34,944 nt of DNA, taken from contig NC_057752.1 of NCBI RefSeq assembly GCF_004010195.1, positions 12,512,374 to 12,547,317 of the forward strand, written 5' to 3'. A model generated the notes under the pieces. The model saw only the letters and a program-made list of their open reading frames with translations, ran no database searches and was not told the origin of the DNA. Below, piece after piece: positions 10,970-22,620 of this stretch; positions within the stretch are counted from its first letter, which is position 1, and each line of letters opens with the position of its first letter. This stretch comes from Chiloscyllium plagiosum (lineage: Eukaryota). The position numbers and the translations under genes are program-made.

Positions 10970-12415
10970 AGTTCCTCAGGGTAGTGTCCTAGGTCTTTCC
11001 ATTCACCTGCTTCATCAATGACCTTCCCTCCATCATAAGGTCAGAAGTGGGGGGTGTTCGCCAAACATTGCACAGTGTTCAGCACCATTCGCAACTCCTC
11101 AGATACTGAAGCAGTCTGTGCTCAAATGCAACATGATTTGGACAATATCCAGGCTTGGGCTGACAAGTGGCTAATATTCATTCCACCCAAATGCCAGGCT
11201 ACGACCATCTCCAACAAAAGATAATTGAACCATTACCCCTTGACATTCAATGGCATCACCATCATTGAATTCCCAACTATCAACATCCTAGGAGTTACCA
11301 TTGACCACAAACTGACTGGCCAACCACAAAACTACAGTGGCTACAACAGCAGGTCAGAGGCTAGGAATCCTGCAGCAAGTAACTCCCCTCCTGACTCCCC
11401 AAAACCTAAGGCACAAGTCAGGAGTGTGATGGAATACTCCCCACTTGCCCTGGATGGGGGCAGCTCCAACAACACTCAAGAAGGTTGACACCATCCAGGA
11501 CAAAGCAGCCGCTTTATTGGCCCCACATCCACAAACACCCACTCCCTCCCCCCACCGACGCTCAGTAGCAGCAGTGTGTACCACCTACAAGATGCACTGC
11601 AGGAATTCACCAAAGATCCTCAGACTGCACCTTCCAAACCCACGGCCACTTCCACCTAGAAGGACAAGGGCAGATGCATGGAAACACCACATTCCCTTCC
11701 AAGCCATTTACCATCCTGACTTAGAAGTATCCCTTCAGTGTCACTGGGTCAAAATCCAGGAATTCCTTCCCCAATGTCATTATGGGTTAACCTAACGCGC
11801 GGTTCAAGAAGGCAGCTCACCCCTCCTTCTCAAGGGGTAACTCGGGATGGGCAATAAATGCTGGGCCCAGCTAGTGATGTCCATGTCGCACAAGTGAATT
11901 TAAATTAAACAACACTGTCAGAGACCCACAGTTGAAACTGTGAGACCACAATTGAAATTGCTTTCAAGATCTTTCCTGAGATCTTCCTTGCAAACCAGGC
12001 AGAATACTGGTGAACAGGAAGAGAAAGTTTTGGGATTTGAGCCAATTGCTGACTTCCCATCTGGTCAGCATTTTCCGATTTCCACTCCTGTCAGGATGGC
12101 TGCTGTCTGCAGCTTCTGTATCCAGCGTGTATGAAAAGGGGCTGGGTCTACAGTGTGGGTATCCAATGGGTTGCCCTACTGGTGCCAGCATTATCATCCC
12201 TTCTCGCAGTTTATAATGGTGAAGGTGGCCAAAGGGCCCAGAATAATGGACTGTCCTTAAAGGGCCCAAAAAGGGAGAAGATTCTTCTAGCTTCCACTCC
12301 CTCCATTTCATTCCAAGATGTCTTCATTCTAGATCTGTCATCACAGTAAATCCTTCTTCTGCTGGGTTTGCTTTTGATGGTTACGGTGAGTGAAAGCCAC
12401 CCTATGGGCTGAGGA

Positions 12416-13037
12416 GTGGCAGATCGAGTAGCCCACAAACCCACCGACACACTAAAACAGCAGCTAATGAACTTGAAAGGCCATATCCAGACAACAAGCA
12501 AAACTAATGTCATTTACAAAATACCGTGCAAGGACTGTAACAAACACTACATTGGACAAACAGGCAGAAAATTAACCACCAGGATACATGAACACCAACT
12601 CGCCACAAAAAGACATGACCCTCTCTCACTAGTATCCTCACATACGGATGAGGAAGGACACCACTTCTACTGGGACAATACATCCATCCGTGGAGAAGCC
12701 AAACAAAGACACGCACGAGAATTCCTAGAAGCATGGCATTCCAACTGGAACTCTATCAACAAACACATCGAGTTAGACCCCATCTACCACCACCTGAGAA
12801 AAAAGAACAGGAAGTGACTTCACTACAGGAAATGATGTCACCACTGGAAATGACATCACCAACCCAAAGAAAACCAAACATATAAATAGAATGCAGGAAT
12901 TATCAACAGTGCTTCACCTGAGGCCCACTGAAGATGTTACCTAGTAGGGTGACGAAACGTCTGGAAATGAACCTTCCAGCTTAGCGAGCAAACCTACATC
13001 CAAAATCTCAACCTGAGCTACCAACCTTCTCAAAACA
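12416..13037 (+). mobile_element. Penelope-like element 3' fragment (GIY-YIG endonuclease + pLTR)
   Basis: NVIYKIPCKDCNKHYIGQTGRKLTTRIHEH..REFLEAWH..SIN GIY-YIG domain followed by a hammerhead-containing tail. Confidence 0.93.
12925..12964 (+). ncRNA. Minimal type I hammerhead ribozyme
   Basis: CCA-CTGAAGA-T-GTTACC-TAGTAG-GGTGAC-GAAA-CGTC-TGG: core boxes, 6-bp stem II, CCA/TGG stem I, GUC cleavage triplet ending at 12961. Confidence 0.85.
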
Positions 13038-13852
13038 TCGAGTTTAATTTAGATACATGCGAGGTGCTGCACTTTGGAAAGGCAAACCAGGCAGGACTTA
13101 TACACTTAATGGTAAGGTCCTAGGGAGTGTTGCTAAACAGAGACCTTGGAGTGCAGGTTCACAGCTCCTTGAAAGTGGAGTCGCAGGTAGATAGGATAGT
13201 GAAGAAGGTGTTTGGTATGCTTTCCTTTATTGGTCAGAGTATTGAGTACAGGAGTTGGGAGGTCATGTTGCGGCTGTACAGGACATTGGTTAGGCCACTG
13301 CTGGAATATTGCGTGCAATTCTGATCTCCTTCCTATCGGAAAGATATTATGAAACTTGAAAAGGTTCAGAAAAGATTTACAAGGATGTTGCCAGGGTTGG
13401 AGGATTTAAGATTTAGGGAAAGGCTGAACAGGCTGGGGCTGTTTTCCCTGGAGCGTCAGAGGGTGTGGGATGACCTTATAGAGGTTTGTAAAATCATGAG
13501 GTTCATGGATAGGGTAAATAGACAAAGTCTTTTCCCTGGGGCGGGGGAGTCCAGAACTAGACGATTTAGGTTTAGGGTGGTGGGAAAAGATATAAAAGAG
13601 ACCTAAGGGGCAACGTTTTCACACAGAGGGTGGTACGTGTATGGAATGAGTTGCCAGAGGAAGTGGTGGAGGCTGGTACAATTGCAACATTTAAGAGGCA
13701 TTTGGATGAGTATATGAATAGGAAGGGTTTGGAGGGATATGGGCCGGGTGCTGGCAGGTGGGACTAGATTGGGTTGGGATATCTGGTCAGCATGGACAGG
13801 TTGGACCGAAGGGTCTGTTTCCATGCTGTACATCTCTATGACTCTACGCCTC
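13038..13852 (+). mobile_element. CR1/HER1 LINE 3' part
   Basis: RDLGVQVH, LYRTLVRPLLEYCVQF, LEKVQKRFTRMLPGL; tail CTCTATGACTCTA. Confidence 0.93.
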
Positions 13853-13905
13853 TAGCTTCTCCAAACCTAGAAAACTGGTTTAGGATTGAAGTAGATTTTA
13901 CGAGG

Positions 13906-14089
13906 ACATCTGGAATGAGTATCCAAGGCCTGGAATACCCATAGACGCACACATCTGGAGTGAGTGTCCGAGGCCTGAAATAGCCATAGACGCACACATC
14001 TGGAATGAGTGTCCGAGGCCTGAAATAGCCATAGACGCACACATCTGGAATGAGTGTCCGAGGCCTAGAATAGCCGTGGGCGCACACAT
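13906..14089 (+). repeat. 45-bp minisatellite, 4 copies
   Basis: ACATCTGGAATGAGTGTCCGAGGCCTGAAATAGCCATAGACGCAC at 13906, 13951, 13996, 14041. Confidence 0.95.
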
Positions 14090-14340
14090 GAGTGCGTGTT
14101 CATGCCCGTTCATTCACTGTAAGGTGCAGTTACAGATGATGGCATCAGCCAGGAAACAACAGAAATAGGACAGCAAAAAAACTGAATTTTAAAAAGAATC
14201 CAATAGTGAGAATATGTTATTTAGTCCGGCTGCCCACACGAGCGTAATTATATAGTACACATGGAGGAACTGTGTGTAATGCAAATGACTACACTTATGG
14301 AACTTGATGAAACATGACATGACATGAACAGTTCTGCTCT

Positions 14341-14623
14341 TTTCTTTTTTTAATTCCTCCCCCCACACTCCCACCTGATAGCAGTCGTGCTTATTTTTTC
14401 CCCACCACCCATGTTGTGTGTGTGTGCAGGTCTGAGACACAGTGAGAGACACAAGGTGCACGAATCTTTATTCAGTTTCCACCACCAGGAAGATAGGAAA
14501 CACCCGAGTGGCCAGTGACAAGCACTGCCCTTCACATCAAAGGGCAATGCTGTTTGATCAAACAGTGAGGGGAGGAGGGCAGGGGGAGGGCAGGGAGAGG
14601 GGGAAATAATACACTCCACTCCC
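14341..14623 (-). mobile_element. L1/Tx1-like 3' end with A-rich tail and 14-bp TSD
   Basis: Minus strand starts GGGAGTGGAGTG (GVECIISPS), same hairpin as 6309-6650; TSD AACAGTTCTG(C/T)TCT at 14327-14340 and 14624-14637. Confidence 0.8.
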
Positions 14624-14824
14624 AACAGTTCTGTTCTTCCTGTGAGTAAATAATCTTAGTTGCTCCTCCCACAGTTTTTTATCAATGCTGAGATTTAGCT
14701 ATATGCCATTTCATCATTGAGTCATAAAATGTGAATAATCGCCACAACAGAGACTGCCTGGAGTCACATATAAACATGTGAAGACCTGCTTACTTTTCTT
14801 GAACAACAGCCCTTCCTCAGTTTG

Positions 14825-16445
14825 ACTCATGGCTGTTTACAGCACAGGAGGAGGTCATCCATCTGCCCCAGGCAATAAGGACCTGACCACACTAATCCCA
14901 TTTTCCAACACTTTGGCCCATAGCACTGGAGGCTATAGCAATGCAGGTGACTATCAAAACACTAAGGAAATATTCCAAGAGTTTTAGACTCAATCATTCC
15001 TTCAAGCAATGAGTTCCACAGTCCCAGCACTCTCCAAGTGGAAAACGTTTTCCTCAACTCTCCGCTTAGCCTCTAACTCTGACCTTCAATCTATGTATTG
15101 CCTCCTCTAATGATGGGAAAAGTGTCTTCTCATCCACCCTATGGCCCTCATAATCGTATACATCTCTACTGGATCCCCTCTCAACATTCACTACTCCAAA
15201 GAAAACATCCACAGCCTCTCCAATCTTTCCCCCTTTCTCAACCCTTCCAGTCCAGACAGCATCCTGCTAAATCACTTCTGCCCCCTGTGTGGTGCAGTCA
15301 CACCCCTCCTGTAATGTGGTGACCAGAACAGCATGCAGTCCTCTGGTTGTGGCCTAACCAGCATTTGATACAGTTTCAGCATATCTCCTTCTTCCTGTAC
15401 TCTGTGCCTTGACTAATAAAGGGAAGTATACCATATGCCTTCTGAACCAGCTTAGCTGCCTGCCCTGCTACCTACAGGGTTCTGCGCGTATGTCGACCAA
15501 GGTCTCTCTGATCTCCAGTATTTTCCAGGGTCCTACATTTGGAGTGTAATCCCTTGCCTTGTTCGTTCTCCCCTACCTCACACTTTTCAGTATCAGATTC
15601 CATTTCTCACTGCTCTGCCCACTTGGCCAATCCACTGATGTCTTCCTGCAATCCATGGCCTTTCCTTCTCACTCTTTAACACCTTTCCAATTTTTGTGGA
15701 TTCTGCAAACTTGTTGCGCATACCCCCGACTTTCAAGTTCAGATTATGAACGCATACCACAAACAGTGAGGGTTCCAGCACTGGAAACAGGCTTCGTGAT
15801 AGAAACCATCCCCCTCAGCTTCCTGCCTCTCAGCCTGTGGATCCAACATGTCACCTTACCTTGAATTCCCATGGACCCTTACTGTCTTGATCAGTTTGCC
15901 ATGAGGGACCTTAGCACAAGCCTTGTTAAAGTCCACGTAAACCACATCAAGTGCATTCCCCTCATCAACAGTGCTGGTTACATCCTCAAAACATTCCATT
16001 ACATTCATCAAACATGGCGTTCCTTTAGCAAATCCCTGCTGACTATCCCTGATAAATCTTTGTCTCTCTAAGTGCAGATATATTCTGTCCCTCAGAATTC
16101 TTTCTAACTGCCCCACCATTGGGGTTAGATTGGCTGGCCTGTCATTTTCCGTTGTCCCTGCCTGCCTTTTTTTAATTCGGAGATGCCGGTGTTGGACTGG
16201 GGTGTACAAAGTTAAAAATCGCACAACATCAGGTTTTAGTCCAACAGGTTTGTTTGGAAGCACTAGCTTCATCTGATGAAGGAGCAGCATTCTGAAAGCT
16301 AGTGTTTCCAAATAAACCTGGTGTTGTGTGATTTTTAACTTTTTCCCTTTATTAAAATAATAATGGGACAACATCAGCAGTGCTCCAGATCTCTGGCACC
16401 TCTCCTTTGGCCTGAGGATTTGAACATTGCTACCCAACGGTCTCA
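14825..16445 (-). mobile_element. Old CR1 LINE, RT to 3' end
   Basis: DSQQGFAKG..C, DVVYVDFNKACAKVPHGKL; many frameshifts. Confidence 0.85.
16176..16342. mobile_element. Penelope-derived inverted-repeat (fold-back) mini-element
   Basis: Arms ~16209-16269 and ~16296-16342 are reverse complements; the centre holds CTGATGA..GAAAGCTA. Confidence 0.75.
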
Positions 16446-16759
16446 CAACAGCAGGTCACAGGTCAAGTTGTGCTCTGCCAATCCCCTCGGATGCCTGCAT
16501 CGATGATGGTGAAATGGTAGGACCCGACTCCTCGGGCAACCCCAATGGCACTGACACTTCTTAGGATGAGACTGCTCTGTGCTGTTGCCATAGACCCAAG
16601 GCGAGAATAGAACACAGTGGCACCAAGAAGCTAACGGTCTAGAAATTCGTTCATGCTCAGAGCTGTTGACGGTCAGGAGTCAAACATAGGCCAGACCAGG
16701 GGTAAGGACATTGGTGACCCAGATGGATTGTTTTTCTGACAATTAATTGTGCTTCCATC

Positions 16760-17762
16760 ATCAGTAGTGATGGAGGGTTATTGTTCAGGCTGGAGGCCTG
16801 TGACCAGCAGTGTGCCACAGGGATCGGTGCTGGGTCCACTGTTGCCCCTCATTTATATAAATAATTTGGATGAGAACATGGTTAGCAAGTTTGTGGATGA
16901 CACCAAAATTGGTGGTATAGTGGACAGCGAAGACGTTTACCTCAGAGTATGACGGGATCTTGATCAACTGGGCCAGTGGGTTGAGAAGTGGCAGATGAAG
17001 TTTCATTAAGATAAATGTGAGGTGCTGCATTTTTGTAAGACAAACCAGGGCGGGATTGACACAGTTAATGATAGGGCCCTGGGGAGTGCTGTCAAACAGG
17101 GAGACCTAGGGGTGCAGTCACATAGTTCCTTACAAAGTGACATCACGGGCTGCTGAAGAGAAGGAGTACAGCACACTTGCCTTCATCAGTCACAGCACTG
17201 AGTATAGGAACTGCGACATCATGTAACAGCTGTACGAGACGTTGGTAAGGCCGCATTTGGAATACTGCATACAATTCTGGTTGCCCTGCTCTAGGAAAGA
17301 TGTTATTAAACTGGAAAAGGTGCACAAAGGTTTTACCAGGATATGACCAAGACTGGAGGGTTCGAGTGATAACGAGAGGGTGGATAGGCTAGGACATCTT
17401 CTTCGTAGTGTGGGAGACTGAGGGTTGCAAGACCCATGAGGGGCATAGATAAGGTGAATAGCCAAGCTCTTTACCCCAGGGTAGGGGAGTCCAAAACTAG
17501 AGGGCATAGGTTTATGTGAGAGGGGAAAGGTTTCAAAGGGAACTTGAGGGCCTACTTTTTCTCACAGAGGGTGGTGCATACATGGAATGAGCTGCCAGAG
17601 GAAGTGGTAGAAGCCGATGAAAGACAATTGGACAGGTACAAGAATAGGAAAGGTTGAGAGGGATATGAGCAAAATACATGCAAATGGGACTCGTTCAGCC
17701 TAGGGAACTTGGTCAGCATTGACGAGTTGGGCCGAAGGGCCTGTTTCTGTGCTGTATGACTT
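16760..17762 (+). mobile_element. CR1 LINE, RT C-terminus to 3' end
   Basis: VPQGSVLGPLL..YINNLD..SKFVDDTKIGG; CR1 3'UTR. Confidence 0.9.
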
Positions 17763-17766
17763 GTCG

Positions 17767-17900
17767 TCAGACTCTTAATTCCAAATCTTTCTTGAATTCA
17801 AATTCCACTGACTGCCGTGGCGGGATTCGAAACCAGTTCCGCAGAACATTACCTGGGTCTCGAGATGAACAGTCAGGTGCAAATACCACGAGGTCATCCA
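17767..17900 (-). mobile_element. tRNA-derived SINE head (SacSINE/Deu-SINE-like)
   Basis: Minus-strand B box GTTTCGAATCC followed by GTGGAATTTGAATTCAA; related to 26960-27150. Confidence 0.6.
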
Positions 17901-18441
17901 GAGGGAGGAAGATGTAAACGTTCATCCTGGTGCAAAGGATCTCCATGACCTCCGTGTTCTTGGGTGAAGAGAGCATTGAGTCTGCAGCAGGTGCATCCTA
18001 CGCTAGGCTGAGGGAGAGGTTCTGCCTGAGGAAACTATCTGCAAGTATGACCTCTTTTCAAGGACCCTTCTCCTGCCTCCGCAGCACCCCCCCCCTCCCC
18101 ACCCCATTATCCTGCTACCCCTTCTCCTTGAGTAGCTCCTTCCCCTCTCTCATCACGCTTGCTGCTTCCTTTCCTCCTCCAGCCTGAAGGGGGACTTGTG
18201 GGACCACCCATGGCTGCAACATAACTCTCTCTGAGGCGAACTGACAGCAGTGCGACACCAGCAAGTATCTGTCGAGACAATGTGAGCGTTTGAGAGTCAG
18301 AAAGCACAACAGAGAACACCCAGAAAGCTTGCCACCAGCTAGAATTGAGACACCAACAAGTAACCTGCAAGCTCTGAGTAATCCTTTTAAATATCTTGGG
18401 TGAAGACTCAACCTGCTGTCACAGCCACATTGTGAGTTCAC

Positions 18442-18941
18442 NNNNNNNNNNNNNNNNNNNNNNNNNNNNNNNNNNNNNNNNNNNNNNNNNNNNNNNNNNN
18501 NNNNNNNNNNNNNNNNNNNNNNNNNNNNNNNNNNNNNNNNNNNNNNNNNNNNNNNNNNNNNNNNNNNNNNNNNNNNNNNNNNNNNNNNNNNNNNNNNNNN
18601 NNNNNNNNNNNNNNNNNNNNNNNNNNNNNNNNNNNNNNNNNNNNNNNNNNNNNNNNNNNNNNNNNNNNNNNNNNNNNNNNNNNNNNNNNNNNNNNNNNNN
18701 NNNNNNNNNNNNNNNNNNNNNNNNNNNNNNNNNNNNNNNNNNNNNNNNNNNNNNNNNNNNNNNNNNNNNNNNNNNNNNNNNNNNNNNNNNNNNNNNNNNN
18801 NNNNNNNNNNNNNNNNNNNNNNNNNNNNNNNNNNNNNNNNNNNNNNNNNNNNNNNNNNNNNNNNNNNNNNNNNNNNNNNNNNNNNNNNNNNNNNNNNNNN
18901 NNNNNNNNNNNNNNNNNNNNNNNNNNNNNNNNNNNNNNNNN
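18442..18941. other. Assembly gap (500 N)
   Basis: Run of N. Confidence 1.
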
Positions 18942-19016
18942 CATGGTGGCATTGTGAACTTTTGGTTTCAGGATTAACTAGTCCAGTGACATTCCCATTA
19001 CCAGCATTCACCATTG

Positions 19017-19602
19017 GACTTCATAGTGGCTCAGTGGTTAGCACTGCTGCCTCAAAGCACCAGGGACCTGGGTTCAATTCCAGCCTTGGGCAACTGTGTG
19101 GAGTTTATACATTCTGCGTCTGTGTGAGTTTCCTCCCGGTGCTCTGGTTTCCTCCTGCCACAGTCCAAAGATGTGCAGGTTAGGGTGGATTGGCGATGCT
19201 AAATTACCCATAATGCCCAGGGATGTGTAGGTTAGAGTGGATTGGCCATGCTAAATTACCCATAATGCCCAGGGATGTGTAGGTCAGGGTGGATTGGCCA
19301 TGCTAAATTGTCCCATAATGCTCAGGGATGTGTAGGTTAGGGTGGATTGGCGATGCTAAATTACCCATAGTGCCCAGGGATGTGCAGGTTAGGGTGGATT
19401 GGCCATGCTAAATTGTCCCATAGTGCCCTGGGATGGGCAGGTTAGGGTGGATTGGCCATGCTAAATTGTCCCATAGTTCCCAGGGATGCGCAGGTTCGAG
19501 TGGGTTAGCCAAGGGGAATGCAGGGTTACAGCGTGGAGGAGTGTGTCTTGGTGGGATGCTCGATGGGCTGAATAGCCTGCTTCCCCACTGTCGGGATTCT
19601 CT
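19017..19602 (+). mobile_element. HE1 V-SINE with 6 x 52-53-bp tandem units
   Basis: A/B boxes, V-domain, units starting at 19170, 19222, 19274, 19327, 19379, 19432. Confidence 0.9.
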
Positions 19603-19748
19603 TATTTGGTTTTTTTTTGAAAGGGTTCAGATTGTAAGAATTGCCTCCGCTGTGTTGAAACGGCAGCAGATTTCCCCTTGGAAAAGTTGTTCGATCGGGT
19701 CAGTGATGCCTGTTTGCATGTGCACCCTCTGCTTTGGTCTCTCTGCAG

Positions 19749-19866
19749 CATATTGATTTTGAAGGCTTTCGAACACTGATGACAATCTACCTGGACGTGG
19801 ACGACATTCCCAGTCAATTTTGTCAGCATCTCTTTCGCTCCTTTCAGACAAAGCCAAGTGAGAAAG
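19749..19866 (+). CDS. dgka: Diacylglycerol kinase alpha-like, N-terminal (RVH) exon
   Basis: ctctctgcag|HIDFEGFRTLMTIYLDVDDIPSQFCQHLFRSFQTKPSEK|gtgagg; resembles DGKA [32 protein letters not shown]; donor position uncertain (19857/19866/19917). Confidence 0.85.
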
Positions 19867-20149
19867 GTGAGGAGCTGGAAGGGTACCGAACCACAAAGCT
19901 GTACCATCCCTCAACATGTACGTTAGCTTCCTGCAGACTGCAGTCACCACTACGGACACCGTCAATGTGTTAGGCTTCACCTCAGTAGTGGGAGGGCACC
20001 AGACCCCTTTGACCCTCAATATTTGGGTATTTATTCTTCCCCATAAGCCCTCTCCCACAGCCCACTCAAGTGTCTCAAAGGATAGCAGCAACAGATATTC
20101 CAATGGATAACAGCAGCCATTCTTCAATGGGATAACACCTACAGATATT

Positions 20150-21680
20150 CCCCACCCATGTCCCTCGGCTGATGAATCAGTACTCCTCCGTGTTGAACAA
20201 CACTTATAGGAAGCACTGAGGGTGGCAAGGTCACAGAATGTACCCTGGGTGGGGGATCTCAATGTCCACCACCAAGAGTGGGCTCAGCAGCAGCATTACT
20301 GATCGAGCTGGTCAGGTCCTAAAGGACATAGCTGCTACCCTGGGTCTGCGGCAGGTGGTGGGGGGAACCAACAAGGGGGAAAAACATACTCAACCCCATC
20401 CTTACCAATCTGCCAGCTGCAGATGTATCTGATAATGGACACTGCAAAGGCTATGGGCCCTGACAACATTCCAGCAATAGTACTGAAGACTTGTGCTCCA
20501 GAACTTGCTGCTCCCCTAGCCAAGCTGTACCAGTACAGTTACAACACTGGCATCTACCCGACAATGTGGAAAATTGCCCAGGTATGTCCTGTACCCAAAA
20601 AGCAGGACAAATCCAACCCGGCCAATTACCGCCCCATCGGTCTCCTCTCGGTCATCAGGAAAGTGATGGAAGGTGTCACCAACAGTGCTATCAAGCAGCA
20701 CCTGCTCAGCAATACCCTGCTCAGTGACACCCAGTTTGGGTCCCACCAGGGTCACACAGCTCCTGACCTCATTACAGCCTGGGGTCAAACATGGACAAAA
20801 GAGCTGAACTCCAGAGGGGGGGGGTGGGGGGAGGGACAGCCCTTGACATCAAGGCTGCATTCGACCGAGTGTGGCATCAAGGAGCCCTGGCAAATCTGGA
20901 GTCAATGGGGATCAGGGGGCAAACTCTCCGCTGGTTGGAGTCATACCTGGCACATAGGAAGATGGTTGTGGTTGTTGGAGATCAGTCATCTCAGCCCCAG
21001 GACATCTCTGCAGGAGTTCCTCAGGGTAGTGTCCTGGGCCCAACCATCTTCAGCTGCTTCATCAATGACCGTCCCTCCACCATAAGGTCAGGAATGGGGA
21101 TATTCGCCAACGATTGCACAATGTCCAGCACCATTCGTGACTCCTCAGATACTGAAGCAGTCAGTGTCCAAATGCAGCAAGATCTGGGCAATATCCAGGC
21201 TTGGGCTGACAAGTAGCAAGTAACATTCATGCCACATAAATGCCAGGCAATGACCATCTCCAATAAGGGACAAAATCTCACCCACCCCCCCCCCGCCCAC
21301 CCATTGAAGTTCAATGGTTATACCATCACTGAGTCCCCCAATATCCTGGGGGTTACCATTGACCTGAAACTCTGCCGGGCTTGCCACATACACGCTGTGT
21401 CTACAAGAGCAGGTCAGAGGCTGGGAATCCTGCAGCGAGTAACCCCCCCTCCTGACACCCCAACGCCTGCCCCACCATCTCCAAGACACACGTCAGGAGG
21501 GTGTTGGAATACTCCCCACTTGCCCCTGGATGGGGGCAGCTCCAACAACACTCAAGAGGCTCAACACCATCCAGGACAAAGCAGCCGCTTGATTGACACC
21601 ATATCCACAAACATCCACTCCCTCCCCCCACCGACGCTCAGTAGCAGCAGTGTGTACCATCTACAAGATGCCCTGCAGGA
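20150..21680 (+). mobile_element. CR1-group (L2-like family) LINE ORF2, internally deleted
   Basis: KAMGPDNIPAIVLKTCAPELAAPL, ALDIKAAFDRVWH, GVPQGSVLGP, FANDCT (degenerate FADD). Confidence 0.9.
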
Positions 21681-21689
21681 ATTGGTCTC

Positions 21690-22233
21690 TGCTAATAGGT
21701 GCAAGTATCCCCTATGCCTTCTGAACCAGCTTAGCTGCCTGCCCTGCTACCTACAGGGTTCTGTGTGTATATACATCAAGGTCTCTCTGATCTCCAGTAT
21801 TTTCCAGGGTCCTACATTCATTCTCCCCTACCTCACACTTTTCAGTATCAGATTCCATTTCTCACTGCTCTGCCCACTTGGCCAATCCACTGATGTCTTC
21901 CTGCAGTCCACGGCCTTTCCTTCTCACTCTTTAACACCTTTCCAATTTTTGTAGATTCTGAAAACTTGTTGATCACACCCCCCTACATTCAATTCCAAAT
22001 CAGTAATGCGTCCCACAAACAGCGAGGCTTCCAGTGATAGAAACATTCCTCGACCATCCCCCTCAGCTTCCTGCCTCTCAGCCTGTGGTGGATCCAACAT
22101 GTCACCTTGCCTTGGATTCCCATGGACCCTTACTGTCTTGGTCAGTTTGCCATGAGGGACCTTAGCACCAGCCTTGTTAAAGTCTACCTCGACCACATCA
22201 AGTGCATTCCCCTCATCAACAGTGCTGGTTACA
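21690..22233 (-). mobile_element. Decayed CR1 fragment, near-duplicate of 15411-15983
   Basis: Long identical tracts and shared lesions with 15411-15983. Confidence 0.85.
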
Positions 22234-22254
22234 TCTCTAACCAAACTTTGTCCA

Positions 22255-22620
22255 ATCTCCCTCTCTTGCTCTCGCTCTCTCTGTCTGTCTGTCTCCCTCT
22301 CTCTCTCTCTGTCTCTCTCTCTCTCTCTCTGTCTCTGTCTGTGTGAAAACTCCCTCTCTCCAAGCCCTCTCTCTCCACCTGAACACCTCAACTCTGTCCA
22401 ATCTTCTTCTCTCATCGGAACTATCTCCCTGTCCAGTCACCCCTTCTCTCTGTCCGATATGTCTTGCTCTGTTTCTTCCTCTCTGATCTCTTTCTCTCGA
22501 GACAAAAACTCTTCCTCTGCAACCTCTCTCTCTCTTCCCAAACCTTGCCCCTGTGTCTGCTCGCTCTGTCTGTTCTCATTCTAACTTTCTCCTCTCATCC
22601 CTTTGGGACTGTCACTGTCT
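22255..22620. repeat. CT-rich microsatellite / low-complexity tract
   Basis: (CT)n and (CTGT)n runs. Confidence 0.85.

Larger units (their letters stand above)
8170..11905 (+). mobile_element. CR1-group (L2-like family) LINE, RT to 3' end, with nested insertions
   Basis: MWKIAQVCPVHRKQDKSNASNYRPISLL, ALDIKAAFDRV, GVPQGSVLG, 3' end GGCAATAAATGCTGG; same family as 20150-21680 and 33600-34010. Confidence 0.85.

Noticed and set aside
21924..22584. R/E-rich and S/L-rich ORFs
   Set aside because: Translation of a (CT)n/(GA)n microsatellite
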